Counted from the first letter of the stretch, positions 15,880-29,429 are shown. The stretch is DNA of 64,000 nucleotides from Eledone cirrhosa (GCA_964016885.1 OZ024741.1:231012001-231076000), one strand, 5' to 3'. Notes: generated by a model from the letters alone, not told the origin. Numbers and translations: made by a program.

Positions 15880-17700
15880 AGTTGATTTTCGTCGAAGACT
15901 AGAGTTTCTCAAAGGACGTCCTTGCTTTCATCCGCCACTAACCCTCTATAGAAGAACAAGGAGGAGTTTCTACCGATCATACTTCCCGTTTGTTGGAAGC
16001 TGTGAGCGTTCATCTTCAATCTCCGCTTCAACCAAGACTACATCTCCATTAAAGAGATGATCTGGTGAACATGCGTTTGGTGAACGGCAACCACACATGT
16101 TCATCGTTAAGGAAAAGAAGATGCATCATCAGTCACGCATTTCCAGTTTTCAACGCAGTGGGCCTTGACAGCAGATGGACTCCCTGATCATCGGAAGGCA
16201 TCCTTTCCACAATATGCGGAAGAGCAAACAATCCAGTGTTGTTAGACGGAGTATAGGGCAATGAGCAGTTGGTCAGGCATTTATAGAAAACGGACGTGAT
16301 GTTCACCTTCGCCACCTCTGTCCTACCTTCCCTTGCCAACTGTCCCTCAGCCCATTTCTGGGTGAGGTTTGCTATTCTATTTCGTTACCACAAACCAGTT
16401 TTTCTCCATGATGCGATTCTGACCGATCTAGACCCCAAGTAATTCAACCGATCCAACTGTTCAGCGTCCGAAGAGCAATGGTATTCACCCCGATGTGTGT
16501 GATGCTCGACAACAATGACGTCGTCCCACTAAGCTGACACAGATGACCCTCAACATCCCTATTACCAGTTGTGTGTTGAGAGTCAATACACACTAGTCGA
16601 ACGAGAGGTGTAGGCTTCGTAGACCGTGCACATAATGCTGAAGAATGCCGAAATGTGACCGTTCACTCTAACCGTAGAGCAGAAGTCGCTGTGCATAGCA
16701 GCCATCAACCATCTGAAAACGGTGCTGAAGCCTACTTCTTTCAGGACTGCCCCAATTAGGTATGGTGGACCCTATCAAATGCTTTGTATTGATCCAAGTC
16801 GACCGCTGAACCAACCTCTGTATGATGTATCGTATAATGGAGGGGGCTTCTGAGGGACAGAACTCTTGGTTATTGCACATGTCTGAGCCTTCCTTGCTAA
16901 ATCATTCACGACAAGCGCCAACCTCTTCGCTAAGACTTTGGATAAAGTTGTGTACTCTATATTTATTAGAATTTCGGGCCTAAAATTATCGAAAAAGATC
17001 CACTTTGTACGAGTCCTTTCTCAGCAGTGCCATTACTCCTCAGCTGACAGAAGTGACAAATCCTCCCATTCTGCTGCCAGTTGAAGAAGACGTCCGCCAA
17101 CATGTCGCCGAACATGTCTTGCATGTGAACGCAAAGCCGGTGGGGCAGACCATTGAAACCGCGTGATTTACCTCTAGTGAAGCCGTTAATTTCTTCCAGT
17201 ATTTGAGCGACTGTTATTGGCGTTCTGAAACACTGCAACTCCGTCAAAGATAGCAAAGGTTGCCTGTAGAGATGAGCAGTGAAGTCCATCCCGTGTTCTA
17301 GCGCGCCGTTTCTCCCGAACAATTGAGCAAAATATTGCTGAAAAGCCGTACATGCTGCACCAGAAATCGGATTAAGACTTTGTTTACACGCTGCTCCTCC
17401 ATCACTCAATCACACTGAACGGCTTTCGTCCCCTGGTGTCTAAGAGCACGCGCCTTAGCTCTGACCAGGCAGCTTTCGTGCATATCATTGAATAATATAT
17501 CCAGGGCCAATCTCACCACCAGAAGGTCGGTTACAAAGCCTTTGCTAGTAACCTCTTCTAGATTTTTAACTAGCACCATCTCTTATCTAATTTTCTCTAA
17601 TGATAGGAAGATGGTCCGTATTGCGAGATCCTGCTCTTTTCAGAACAATACGGGAAATTGGCATCTATATTACGGATGGCTCAGAGATGAGTATACAGTT
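15880..17700 (-). mobile_element. Decayed L1/Tx1-like LINE (RT region)
   Basis: PITVAQILEEINGFTRGKSRGFNGLP (cf. KSPGxDGLP) and LDQYKAFDRVHH on the minus strand; multiple frameshifts. Confidence 0.7.
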
Positions 17701-18086
17701 TGACTATCGAAGATGTGTGCGATTGTACATGCAACGCAGATTCTGGTCACTCTAATGGACGGTGATCAGACGAGGTTCTCAGCCCTCTCTTAACACGAAC
17801 ATCCATTATAAAATATATTCGCTATCTGCTTCTTTCTATACAGCCACTCTTGGTTGCTACTATATGTCAATATGTATGGTTATGTAGAAATTCATGCACA
17901 AACATTTACGACAGTCTGCTCACGAGCGCATGCTTACTCACACGTCCACACTCTCAAAGCAGCTTGCCAATCACGCCCTAACGCCCATGCTTCAAACATA
18001 CGAACAATCCTACCCCAACAATGATCAAACAAAGTGTGTTTTATAATATATTTCTGGCAATTTCATAACATGACACTATACAAATA

Positions 18087-18123
<37 letters not shown>

Positions 18124-18429
18124 GGTGGCTGCCAACTCGTTTTCGAGTACGGCCACTACTTTATATCCATGTAGTAGAACCCCTACCGAAGCGCTGAACG
18201 AGTGTGACTTTTTAGTCCAGCCCGCGACTTGAAACCTCTGGTACAAACACTACACTTGTGACAATTATTGACACATAGTGCTGGGCCCATGGTACCATGT
18301 GAGGACAAGTGCAGAGAGATCTCCAGATACAAAGCAATGCCTGTGCCGTGAAGCTTTTATAGTGAGCAAAGGCACTGCACAAAGCCAGTCCCACTCTCTT
18401 AACCAAGATGATATTTAGCAAAAAGAAGA

Positions 18430-18735
18430 ACAAGTCAACATCATTGGATACCATCAGGGTTGCAGGTGTTATATCAGAGTTTTCCTTCTCCTAGAATTCT
18501 GCCTTGACAAAGGCTAAGGGGTCATCTCTCCCAGTGATTTTGGATGGCCATTGACTCTTAACAGCTCCTTTGCCCTTTGACAGGTTTTGTTTTTAGTCCT
18601 GCAGGATGTCCAAAGTCACCCTCCTCACCAAGAAACCTTGGTGGGGTTGCCAGTTTAGTCGCCAACGACCCGACCATGAGACAGGTTGTACTGGGATACA
18701 TGTCACCAGTAGCACCAACTGGTGACCTGACATAA
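18430..18735 (-). mobile_element. RTE-like 5' UTR fragment abutting (TA)n
   Basis: Contains CTAGGAGAAGGAAAACTCTGA, a motif I recognise from RTE 5' UTRs, and an HDV-like fold near its 5' end. Confidence 0.5.
18650..18704 (-). ncRNA. Degenerate HDV-like ribozyme candidate
   Basis: P1 GACATG/CATGGTC, P2 CCAGT/ACTGG, GG, P4 TCG-TTGG-CGA, J4/2 CTAA. P3/L3 are imperfect. Confidence 0.4.
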
Positions 18736-18736
18736 A

Positions 18737-18835
<99 letters not shown>

Positions 18836-19337
18836 CATACATACATATATAGTTATATACTTGTGGAATATGAGATAAAAATACGATTAAGAAAAAAGTC
18901 TGGTTAATTGAAAGGTCGACAAGGCGTGTTTGGAAATTAGTGGATTTGTGTGGTTAGCTAGCAGACAAAAATGTTGCGGAACAACTACGCTCATACAACT
19001 TTATTCACTACACCAACACATATAACACCATGCACACACGCACGCATATATCATACACATACTCACACATGATATCCTTACACACATGCGCAAACAACAT
19101 TAAACTTAATGTTATGTTATACAAAGTAAATCGGCCACACACGATTATATCAGGTTTCTCTCTGATGTTCCCCTACGAACTCACCCTACTAGATGCAAAA
19201 TATGAAAATATTTCTGATCCTTAGAAATTGCTAAGGTAACTTTCTTTTTATCCTTCCCTTTTCTTATTACCGTGGCATTTTTATTTGGCATGCATTGCCG
19301 GGCCTTCTAACAAACAACCTTCCTTCTTAGGCGTATT

Positions 19338-19420
<83 letters not shown>

Positions 19421-19482
19421 CACTCTTTCTCTCTCTATCTCTATTTCTCTCTCTCTCGCTCACTCTCTCTCACTCCCTCACT

Positions 19483-19560
<78 letters not shown>

Positions 19561-19565
<5 letters not shown>

Positions 19566-19755
19566 CGAAGGAGGTGCGGTAAGGAACCAGATCTACCATA
19601 ACGCACCAGAGTACTCAATACTTAGGATAGTAGAGTGGGTATTAGGAAAGTATTTGACCCTGACGGCAGAGCTCAAGTCGATTCGACGGCTATTTCTGGA
19701 CTTGTCCAAAAATAGCCTTCGAAACGGCTTGAGCTCTGCCGTCGGGGGCAAACGT
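19561..19755. mobile_element. Truncated fold-back copy of the 23411-24834 HHR repeat family
   Basis: 19561-19710 matches 23411-23551. 19657-19747 is a hairpin made of two inverted 3' halves of the ribozyme (GAAACGGCTTGAGCTCTGCCGTC). Flanked by (TA)n on both sides. Confidence 0.75.
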
Positions 19756-20737
19756 TTTCCTATATATATATATATATATTCAATCAAATGCGAATCCTAC
19801 AAAGTGAATCCTACAAATGTCGATATATAAATTACTGCTGCCATCATTATCCAATACCAGCATTTCTGAAAATACTGCTTTATATGGTCAAATTAACATT
19901 TAACGAAAATGATCAAGGAGATGAGTAAAAATCAACCAAGAAGATTGAATGAATCCTTTCCACTACGTGATGCTAACCAGGCAGTATTTTACTAAATCCA
20001 TATGCCAGCTATGTGTTGGAGGAATAATATCAAAACCTACTCGGGGTATATCACACGTTGAACAACGCAATAGGTGTCTCCTGATGTCATATCTATTACA
20101 TAATATATTCTACTGAAATATATATAACAGTAACAATGTAATCAATTAAATTATGTAATATTAAAATACACTGATTTCTCCTTCATTGTATATCGTATAT
20201 ATTTATATATTCTATTACATGTTCCAACAGAAATGATGTGGCCATGATGAGATACAGCCATTGACATATATTATTTAAACAATTACAAACACCTAGAAGC
20301 AGAAAGAATCAGTGTTATTAGGTTTACGCATTTGTTGAAAGAGAGTAAAAGAGAGCGAAGAATAAACGTATTGGAGATTAGTCCTACATGTGAGTAAAGT
20401 TGTATATTAGAAAAGAGTAAAGAAAAGGAATACGAAGGAGAAAGTGGAGGAAGATAAACGAGGAGAGAACATCCCGAAAGACTGGAGTATTGAACAGTTA
20501 AAAATTATCTGAAGTCTGAGTCATCCGGTGGTGAATAGTGGCGGGTAGATTTCTGGGTCAGAAGCACGTATATGTGCACGTAAATATAATATTTAATATA
20601 AAAACGTATTTGGTAATTACTTTAATGAATAATCTGCTTCATTATATTTAACACAATAGGATTTTATACACATGCTTATTTGAAAACATCTTTCTAAGAC
20701 GTATGGAAAATATTGGTTTTATACTGCATATTATAAT

Positions 20738-20836
20738 AATTTACTGTATTTTACGCTAAATTTCCAATTTTTTATATTGTTTTTGTAAAAAACGATGTTT
20801 TTCATATGCACACACACACGCACACGCACGCGCACA

Positions 20837-20880
<44 letters not shown>

Positions 20881-20992
20881 TATATATATATATGCGTGTG
20901 TGTGTATGTGCGTGTGTGTGCGCGTATGAAAAACATCGTTTTTTACAAAAACAATATAAAAAATTGGAAACTTAGCGCAAAATACAGTAATA
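20738..20992. repeat. Fold-back palindrome: ~68-bp unique arms around (CA)n-(TA)n-(TG)n
   Basis: ttactgtattttacgctaaatttccaattttttatattgtttttgtaaaaaacgatgtttttcata is inverted at 20926-20990. Confidence 0.85.
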
Positions 20993-21404
20993 TATACAGT
21001 AATATATACATATATATGCATATATACATGCACACACACATACATAAGTTTTAAGGTGGCAAAACTTAAATTCCTTGCTGCGCTGTTTTCCTAACGATAT
21101 ATCATTATATGCATACAATTTTTTCATTTGAATTATTGATTCTCTGGACAAACATCGAAATGAAGTTTTTCACTGCCCTTCTTCAGAATATAGTTAGAAA
21201 TAGACGATAAATAGAAAGAAAAGCCATGCGTTGAGACAGGATCTCGAAATCATGGTCGTGGCTACAGAGCCGGCGATGACCGTGGATCGGGAGTAGGGTG
21301 TACAGAGTTTGGTGTGGTTTGGTTGGGAGGAAATGAAATCAAGTAAGGAGAGGGCGTCAGAGAGTTGGAAAAATATGAAAGTAGAGAGGGTGTGGCGAGT
21401 GTAA

Positions 21405-21474
<70 letters not shown>

Positions 21475-21542
21475 CAAGGTTTAGCAAATAATGAAAAAGT
21501 TTCAATATAAATTTTAAAAAATTGACTTTACCTACTATAGTT

Positions 21543-21625
21543 ACATTTACCGATCGGTTTCGAATCTCAAAAATAAACGGAGACCATACGGCCTTCGTTG
21601 CAAAGAAAGATTCTCGTCAGAAGGT
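21543..21625 (-). ncRNA. Type I hammerhead ribozyme (family A, copy 1)
   Basis: Same fold as 22264-22346 with one stem I mismatch (AATGT). Confidence 0.75.
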
Positions 21626-22025
21626 TCTTTTCATTCGAAGAATATAAAATTCTTGAATTTAAATTACGAACTAGTGCTATCCAAAACTGTTCCCGAGATG
21701 AGAGTGAATGAAGTGGAATCAATTTTTTCAAGGGCCGAAGTAAAGATAGAGGCAGAGGGAGGTAGGTCAAATCGGCCGCCACTATCACTAGCAGCAGTCG
21801 GAACGACCAAATTTTTTCTCAACATAGAGGAGGATGGTAATAATAGGATATGTGTTCCTTCACGCACAAGGCGCTAAGGGACGCATGTATTGTCCAACCA
21901 AATGCCAATGTGGTTCAATGGCAGGTTAATAAATTAACGAGCCAGAACATATATAATCAAGGTTTAGCAAATAATGAAAAGGTTTCAAAATAAATATTAA
22001 AAAATTGACTTTACCTACTATAGTT

Positions 22026-22108
22026 ACCTTTACCGATCGGTTTCGAATCTCAAACATAAACGGAGACCATACGGCCTTCGTTGCAAAGAAAGATTCTCGT
22101 CAGAAGGT
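22026..22108 (-). ncRNA. Type I hammerhead ribozyme (family A, copy 2)
   Basis: ACCTT CTGACGA GAATCT..AGATTC GAAAC CGATCG GTA AAGGT on the minus strand. Confidence 0.85.
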
Positions 22109-22263
22109 TCTTTTAATTCGAAGAATCCGCCCTCTGCCTCTATCTTTACTTCGGCCCTTGAAAAAATTGATTCCACTTCATTCACTCTCATCTCGGGAAC
22201 AGTTTTGGATAGGGCTAGTTCGTAATTTAAATTCAGGAATTTTATATTCTTCGAATGAAAAGA

Positions 22264-22346
22264 ACCTTCTGACGAGAATCTTTCTTTGCAACGAAGGCCG
22301 TATGGTCTCCGTTTATTTTTTAGATTCGAAACCGATCGGTAAAGGT
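22264..22346 (+). ncRNA. Type I hammerhead ribozyme (family A, copy 3)
   Basis: Stem I ACCTT/AAGGT; core CTGACGA 22269-22275; stem II GAATCT/AGATTC around a ~40-nt loop; GAAAC-CGATCG-GTA. Predicted cleavage after A22341. Confidence 0.85.
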
Positions 22347-22529
22347 AACTATAGTAGGTAAAGTCAATTTTTTAAAATTTATTTTGAAACTTTTTCATTA
22401 TTTGCTAAACCTTGATTATATATGTTCTGGCTCGTTAATTTATTAACCTGCCATTGAACCACATTGGCATTTGGTCGGACAATACATGCGTCCCTTAGCG
22501 CCTTGTGCGTGAAGGAACACATATCCTAT

Positions 22530-23411
<882 letters not shown>

Positions 23412-23505
23412 TAACGAAGGAAATGTGGTAAGGAACCAGGTGGACCATAACGCACCAAAGTACTCAATACTTGAGGTAGTAGAGTGGGTAATAGGAACCA
23501 GTAAG

Positions 23506-23599
23506 ACCCCGACAGCTGAGCTCAAGCCGTTTCGACGGCTAATTCTGGACTAAATGAACATTTATCCTGGTATTTAAATAGCCGATCTTCTCAAGGGGT
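23506..23599 (-). ncRNA. Type I hammerhead ribozyme, U3-A8 core variant (family B)
   Basis: Mirror image of 24728-24821. Confidence 0.8.
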
Positions 23600-24727
23600 A
23601 ATTCCATATATGGTCAAAGTGATTGTCAAAAATCAGTAGTAATTCTGTGGTTGCAAATTAGTAGGGGAGATGGTGGCTAAACCTGCCAGTAGGAGAAAGA
23701 GGGGAGGGGGTGGAGTAGACCCAATCAAGCGTTGGTAGTGCCAGCTACAGCTGGGCATGAGGTCAAAGAAGATACAGGGGAGGGGGAGGGGGAGGAAGTC
23801 GGAACGGTAGGTAGAACAATGGGGGGTAAAAATAGGAAAGAAAAAATACTGAGAGTAAAGAAAAGCAAAAAAGTGTAAAGAAAAAATTAAATTCTACGAC
23901 CTAGGTGTCAGGCTATTGTTAGGCGAGAATAAAATAAAGAAAGAAAGAAAGAAGTAAATAAATAAATAAATAAATAAATAAGGAAATAAGTAAAAGAACT
24001 AGGTGGGACGAATTAAGCAAGGACCCTTTTAAGAGGTATAAGTACGTAAATGATACGGTGACTGGTCAACAAAAGGGGCCAAAATACTAAAGAGACTACC
24101 ACGAAATAAACAATAAAGGTTTCCATCCCGGGCCAGCAACGACCCAGTGCAACAAAGTGAACTTGTACGACATAATAATTCTGAGTCCCGGGAAAAATAT
24201 ATACTAATGCTAACTCTAAAAGATCTAAAACAAGCTACATGAAAGTTCGTACGAAATAAAGGTAGTCACCGTATCATTTACGTACTTATACCTCTTAAAA
24301 GGGTCCTTGCTTAATTCGTCCCACCTAGTTCTTTTACTTATTTCCTTATTTATTTATTTATTTATTTATTTACTTCTTTCTTTCTTTCTTTATTTTATTC
24401 TCGCCTAACAATAGCCTGACACCTAGGTCGTAGAATTTAATTTTTTCTTTACACTTTTTTGCTTTTCTTTACTCTCAGTATTTTTTCTTTCCTATTTTTA
24501 CCCCCCATTGTTCTACCTACCGTTCCGACTTCCTCCCCCTCCCCCTCCCCTGTATCTTCTTTGACCTCATGCCCAGCTGTAGCTGGCACTACCAACGCTT
24601 GATTGGGTCTACTCCACCCCCTCCCCTCTTTCTCCTACTGGCAGGTTTAGCCACCATCTCCCCTACTAATTTGCAACCACAGAATTACTACTGATTTTTG
24701 ACAATCACTTTGACCATATATGGAATT

Positions 24728-24821
24728 ACCCCTTGAGAAGATCGGCTATTTAAATACCAGGATAAATGTTCATTTAGTCCAGAATTAGCCGTCGAAACGG
24801 CTTGAGCTCAGCTGTCGGGGT
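24728..24821 (+). ncRNA. Type I hammerhead ribozyme, U3-A8 core variant (family B)
   Basis: Stem I ACCCC/GGGGT; core TTGAGAA 24733-24739; stem II GA(T)CGGCTA/TAGCCGTC; GAAAC-GGCT-TGAGCTC-AGCT-GTC. Predicted cleavage after C24816. Confidence 0.8.
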
Positions 24822-24835
24822 CTTACTGGTTCCTG

Positions 24836-25071
<236 letters not shown>

Positions 25072-25073
25072 CA

Positions 25074-25125
<52 letters not shown>

Positions 25126-25162
25126 ATATAAGATCAAAAGATGGTTAAAGGAGTTCCATGTA

Positions 25163-25229
25163 TTTTATTATGCGCATTTCAAAAACAAACATCATCATGC
25201 AATAATATTTGTGTTTTCATCAGATAAAA
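25163..25229 (-). ncRNA. Type I hammerhead ribozyme (family C) in PLE 3' end
   Basis: Stem I TTTTAT/ATAAAA; CTGATGA; ~15-bp stem II AAACACAAATATTATT/GATGATGTTTGTTTTT; GAAA-TGCGCA-TA. Confidence 0.85.
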
Positions 25230-26116
25230 CAGGAGAACATGATATGAAGGCTAAAAAACACTTGTGGATAGTGCAGTTTTAAATCAACATATGAAAAGTG
25301 GTTTTCGATTGATGTGTGATATTGGGAAAAATATTTTATTTAGAGAGGGGGGGTGGAAAGGATGAAAAAGGGGAGGAGATGAGAGGGAGAGATGGGTGAT
25401 AGAGAGAAAGAAAGAGATCGTTTTTATAACTGAGAGGAGATATATTGTTTTACATAGAGAGGTTGAAAACCGTTGGAAGATAATGTATAAATTAAAAATT
25501 TGAAATTAACGAAGGGAGGATATGTGCGAGGAAAGAATATTTTATTTATGGAGGGGGGGGGGTGAAAAAAGGGGGAGGAGATGAGAGTGAAGGTGGAGAG
25601 GGAGAGATGGGTGATAGAGAGAAAGAGATAGTTTTTATAACTGAGAAAAAGATATATTGTTTTACATAAATTAAAGGAATTTGAAAATCAACGAAGGGAA
25701 TTTATGTATGAAGATAGAGAGAAAAAATAATAATTGTGGATGAATATTCTAACGTCAAAAAAAGTGTGTGTTGATAAGTATTGTGGCAATTTCAAAATTA
25801 ACGAAGAGAAAAATTATTAAGGTTTGTGTGTAGAAGGATTTGAGAAAAATAATGTGAAGTTAAAGTTTGTATATTGAAGGAATTGATAATATATGCGAAT
25901 AAAGAAGGATTTGAGAAAAATAATGTGAAGTTAAAGTTTGTATATTGAAGGAATTGATAATATATGCGAATAAAGAGTTAATATGTATTAAGAATGAGTT
26001 CGTTGATGGGGAGAAAAAAAAAAAATAAATTAAGGATGAAATTGAGATTAAAAAGATTTATGATAGAGAGAAAAAATAATAATGATTGCGGATGAATATT
26101 CTAACGTAAAAAAAAA

Positions 26117-26151
<35 letters not shown>

Positions 26152-26326
26152 ATGTATATGTTATGAAGGATTTTACAAGGTGAAGATAGAATGAGAGTAA
26201 TGAGTAAACAAGTATTATAGAGTGTATAATGCCCTTTAAAGTAAGGTGGGAAGATGGGTATATTTTAAAGAGGTGTATGTATATGTGCCTTTGAGAAAAG
26301 ATTCTAAATTGATAAAGAATTGAATA

Positions 26327-27133
26327 TTAACTGTATACTTTGTGAAAAGTCCTATGGAATTTATGGAGGCAGATAGAAAATAAATCTGTACGTCTATTTA
26401 TTATAGACTCTAGGTTAGAGATAATGGTAAATTTTTCATTTAGGCAGAGATTACAGATTTTAGATAGAGAGCTGTTCAAGTATGAGGATGCAGAAGAAAC
26501 CTTCTTCCAAAAGATGGTATATTTAATGTTTTTGTCTTTTAAGGAGCATATGAGTTCTGAGAGAGCAGTGTTGGTTCTTTTAAGTTTGTATTTGAAAGAT
26601 GAATGATGATTATAGAGACGAGCTTTAAAAGAGGTGGAAGTGGAGCCAAAATAGGTGAAGGAATTGGTGCTAGTTATAATTTTACATTCATAAATTAAGT
26701 TTTTATCGAGACAATGGTTGTTGAGAGGACATTTATTTTTAATGCGGCAGTTGCAATTAGAGAGATTATTAATGAGTGACCTAGTGTTATCTATAGAAGG
26801 AATTGGATTGGAGAAGTTGTTTGCGATAGGAATAATAGGAATAATAGTTTCTTGATTTACAGTTGGATTATGAACATTTAGCGAAGTTGTGTTTGACGTT
26901 GTATTTGTGTTTACAGAAGTTAGCCTAGGGTTTACAATGACGTCGGGAGTACTATTACTGTTATTATGAAATTCAATGTTGGAAGGAAGAGATTTAGTAT
27001 TTAGTATTTTATTGTTGTGTTTAGAGATGATGTTGGAAATATTGGAGGATGTAGAATAAGAAAATTTGATGGTGTGTTTGTTAAATATTTTACTATAGAT
27101 ATGTGAGGGAGGGAAGCATTTATTTAAGGCACT
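26327..27133 (-). pseudogene. PLE linker + GIY-YIG endonuclease (open frame, 5'-truncated)
   Basis: FPPSHIYSKIFNKHTIKFSYSTSSNI...CNCRIKNKCPLNNHC..NLIYEC..TYFGST.TSFKARLYNH..NTALS..CNLCLNEK. The ORF track's N-terminus is only (TA)n read-through. Confidence 0.9.
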
Positions 27134-27134
27134 A

Positions 27135-27210
<76 letters not shown>

Positions 27211-27363
27211 TATATATATATTTAAAGTATATGATAAACACGAAATGTGTTTACATTGCAACAGACAAAGTTAGCTATTAATGAAATAAACTAACAAAAG
27301 TGAATACAATTTGTCTGTCTCGATACAAGTCAATAAAGACAAGCCTATATTGGCAACAGCCAT

Positions 27364-27540
27364 GATTCCTGGACATATTTAAATTTCAAAATTCAAACCT
27401 GTTCTGTAGACGAATTTGAACCTCGAAACCCAAATAAGTTTCGCAATGGTGGAATGTGAATTGAAAAATAAAGAGAATCGAAATGGAATAGAAATAAAAG
27501 AGTGAAATATCCAAATCATCTGTGCATATCAACAGGAATC
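27364..27540 (-). ncRNA. Large variant hammerhead candidate (family D)
   Basis: Reverse complement of the 28179-28355 fold. A further copy at 27921-28090 is cut at stem I by the inversion. Confidence 0.65.
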
Positions 27541-28178
27541 CAGTAAGATTAGTCTATCTCACATCAAAGATTTTGCAGGACTGACTACACGTGGGTAGGC
27601 AGGCCAAAACTAGCTATCCCACATTCACGGTGCTAGAAATAACAGCCGCTTATGCAGGATTAAGGATCAGCTCTTACAATAAAGGAGCTATACATTATAT
27701 TATATTTTGAGAATAAACTCTCAGTCGTTTATAGTAATTAAGCTCCAGGAAGGGGCTCTTCCGAGCAGTTAAATACATTTAAAGTATATGATAAACACGA
27801 AATGTGTTTACATTGCAACAGACAAAGTTAGCTATTAATGAAATAAACTAATAAAAGTGAATACAATTTGTCTGTCTCGATACAAGTCAATAAAGACAAG
27901 CTTATATTGGCAACAGCCATGATTCCTGGACATATTTAAATTTCAAAATTCAAACCTGTTCTGTAGACGAATTTGAACCTCGAAACCCAAATAAGTTTCG
28001 CAATGGTGGAATGTGAATTGAAAAATAAAGAGAATCGAAATGGAATAGAAATAAAAGAGTGAAATATCTAAATCATCTGTGCATATCAACGTGAATGTGG
28101 GATAGCTAGTTTTGGCCTGCCTACCCACGTGTCGTCAGTCCTGCAAAATGTTTGATGTGAGATAGACTAATCTTACTG

Positions 28179-28355
28179 GATTCCTGTTGATATGCACAGA
28201 TGATTTGGATATTTCACTCTTTTATTTCTATTCCATTTCCATTCTCTTTATTTTTCAATTCACATTCCACCATTGCGAAACTTATTTGGGTTTCGAGGTT
28301 CAAATTCGTCTACAGAACAGGTTTGAATTTTGAAATTTAAATATGTCCAGGAATC
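28179..28355 (+). ncRNA. Large variant hammerhead candidate (family D; core UUGAUAU)
   Basis: Stem I GATTCCTG/CAGGAATC (8 bp); core TTGATAT 28187-28193; stem II GCA/TGC around ~77 nt; GAAAC; ~23-bp G-U-rich stem III extension; GTC 28345-28347. Confidence 0.65.
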
Positions 28356-28735
28356 ATGGCTGTTGCCAATATAAGCTTGTCTTTATTGACTTGTATCGAG
28401 ACAGACAAATTGTATTCACTTTTATTAGTTTATTTCATTAATAGCTAACATTGTCTGTTGCAATGTAAACACATTTCGTGTTTATCATATACTTTAAATG
28501 TATTTAACTGCTCGGAAGAGCCCCTTCATGGAGCTTAATTATTGTAAACGACTGAGAGTTTATTCTCAAAATATAATATAATGTATAGCTCCTTTATTGT
28601 AAGAGCTGATCCTTAATCCTGCATAAGCGGCTGTTATTTCTAGCACCGTGAATGTGGGATAGCTAGTTTTGGCCTGCCTACCCACGTGTAGTCAATCCTG
28701 CAAAATTTTTGATGTGAGATAGACTAATCTTACTG

Positions 28736-28912
28736 GATTCCTGTTGATATGCACAGATGATTTGGATATTTCACTCTTTTATTTCTATTCCATTTCAATT
28801 CCCTTTATTTTTCTATTCACATTCCACCATTGCGAAACTTATTTGGGTTTCGAGGTTCAAATTCGTCTACAGAACAGGTTTGAATTTTGAAACTTAAATA
28901 TGTCCAGGAATC
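28736..28912 (+). ncRNA. Large variant hammerhead candidate (family D)
   Basis: Tandem copy 557 bp downstream of 28179; one stem III G-U pair is G-C here. Confidence 0.65.
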
Positions 28913-29141
28913 ATGGCTGTTGCCAATATAAGCTTGTCTTTATTGACTTGTATCGAGACAGACAAATTGTATTCACTTTTATTAGTTTATTTCATTAATA
29001 GCTAACTTTGTCTGTTGCAATGTAAACACATTTCGTGTTTATCATATACTTTAAATGTATTTAACTGCTCGGAAGAGCCCCTTCCTGGAGCTTAATTATT
29101 GTAAACGACTGAGAGTTTATTCTCCAAATATAATATAATAT

Positions 29142-29240
<99 letters not shown>

Positions 29241-29250
29241 TATATGTATG

Positions 29251-29284
<34 letters not shown>

Positions 29285-29314
29285 ATGTATGTATATATAT
29301 ATATATATATATGT

Positions 29315-29386
<72 letters not shown>

Positions 29387-29388
29387 TG

Positions 29389-29429
<41 letters not shown>

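Larger units (their letters stand above)
25135..27135 (-). mobile_element. 5'-truncated Penelope-like element (GIY-YIG EN + 3' UTR/pLTR with HHR)
   Basis: EN reading frame 26327-27133, ~1.1 kb 3' region with internal tandem duplications, terminal HHR at 25163-25229; both ends in (TA)n. Confidence 0.85.
27221..29135. mobile_element. Non-coding HHR repeat cassette (557-bp unit; ~1.6 copies minus-sense, ~1.9 copies plus-sense)
   Basis: Period 557 (27221/27778; 28179/28736), inversion junction at 28090/28091, (TA)n on both flanks. Confidence 0.9.

Noticed and set aside
27580-27650. CTGAC(G/T)A...GAAATAACAGCC as a hammerhead
   Set aside because: No NUH or stem I/III, and the core varies among copies. 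The convincing fold in this unit is on the other strand.
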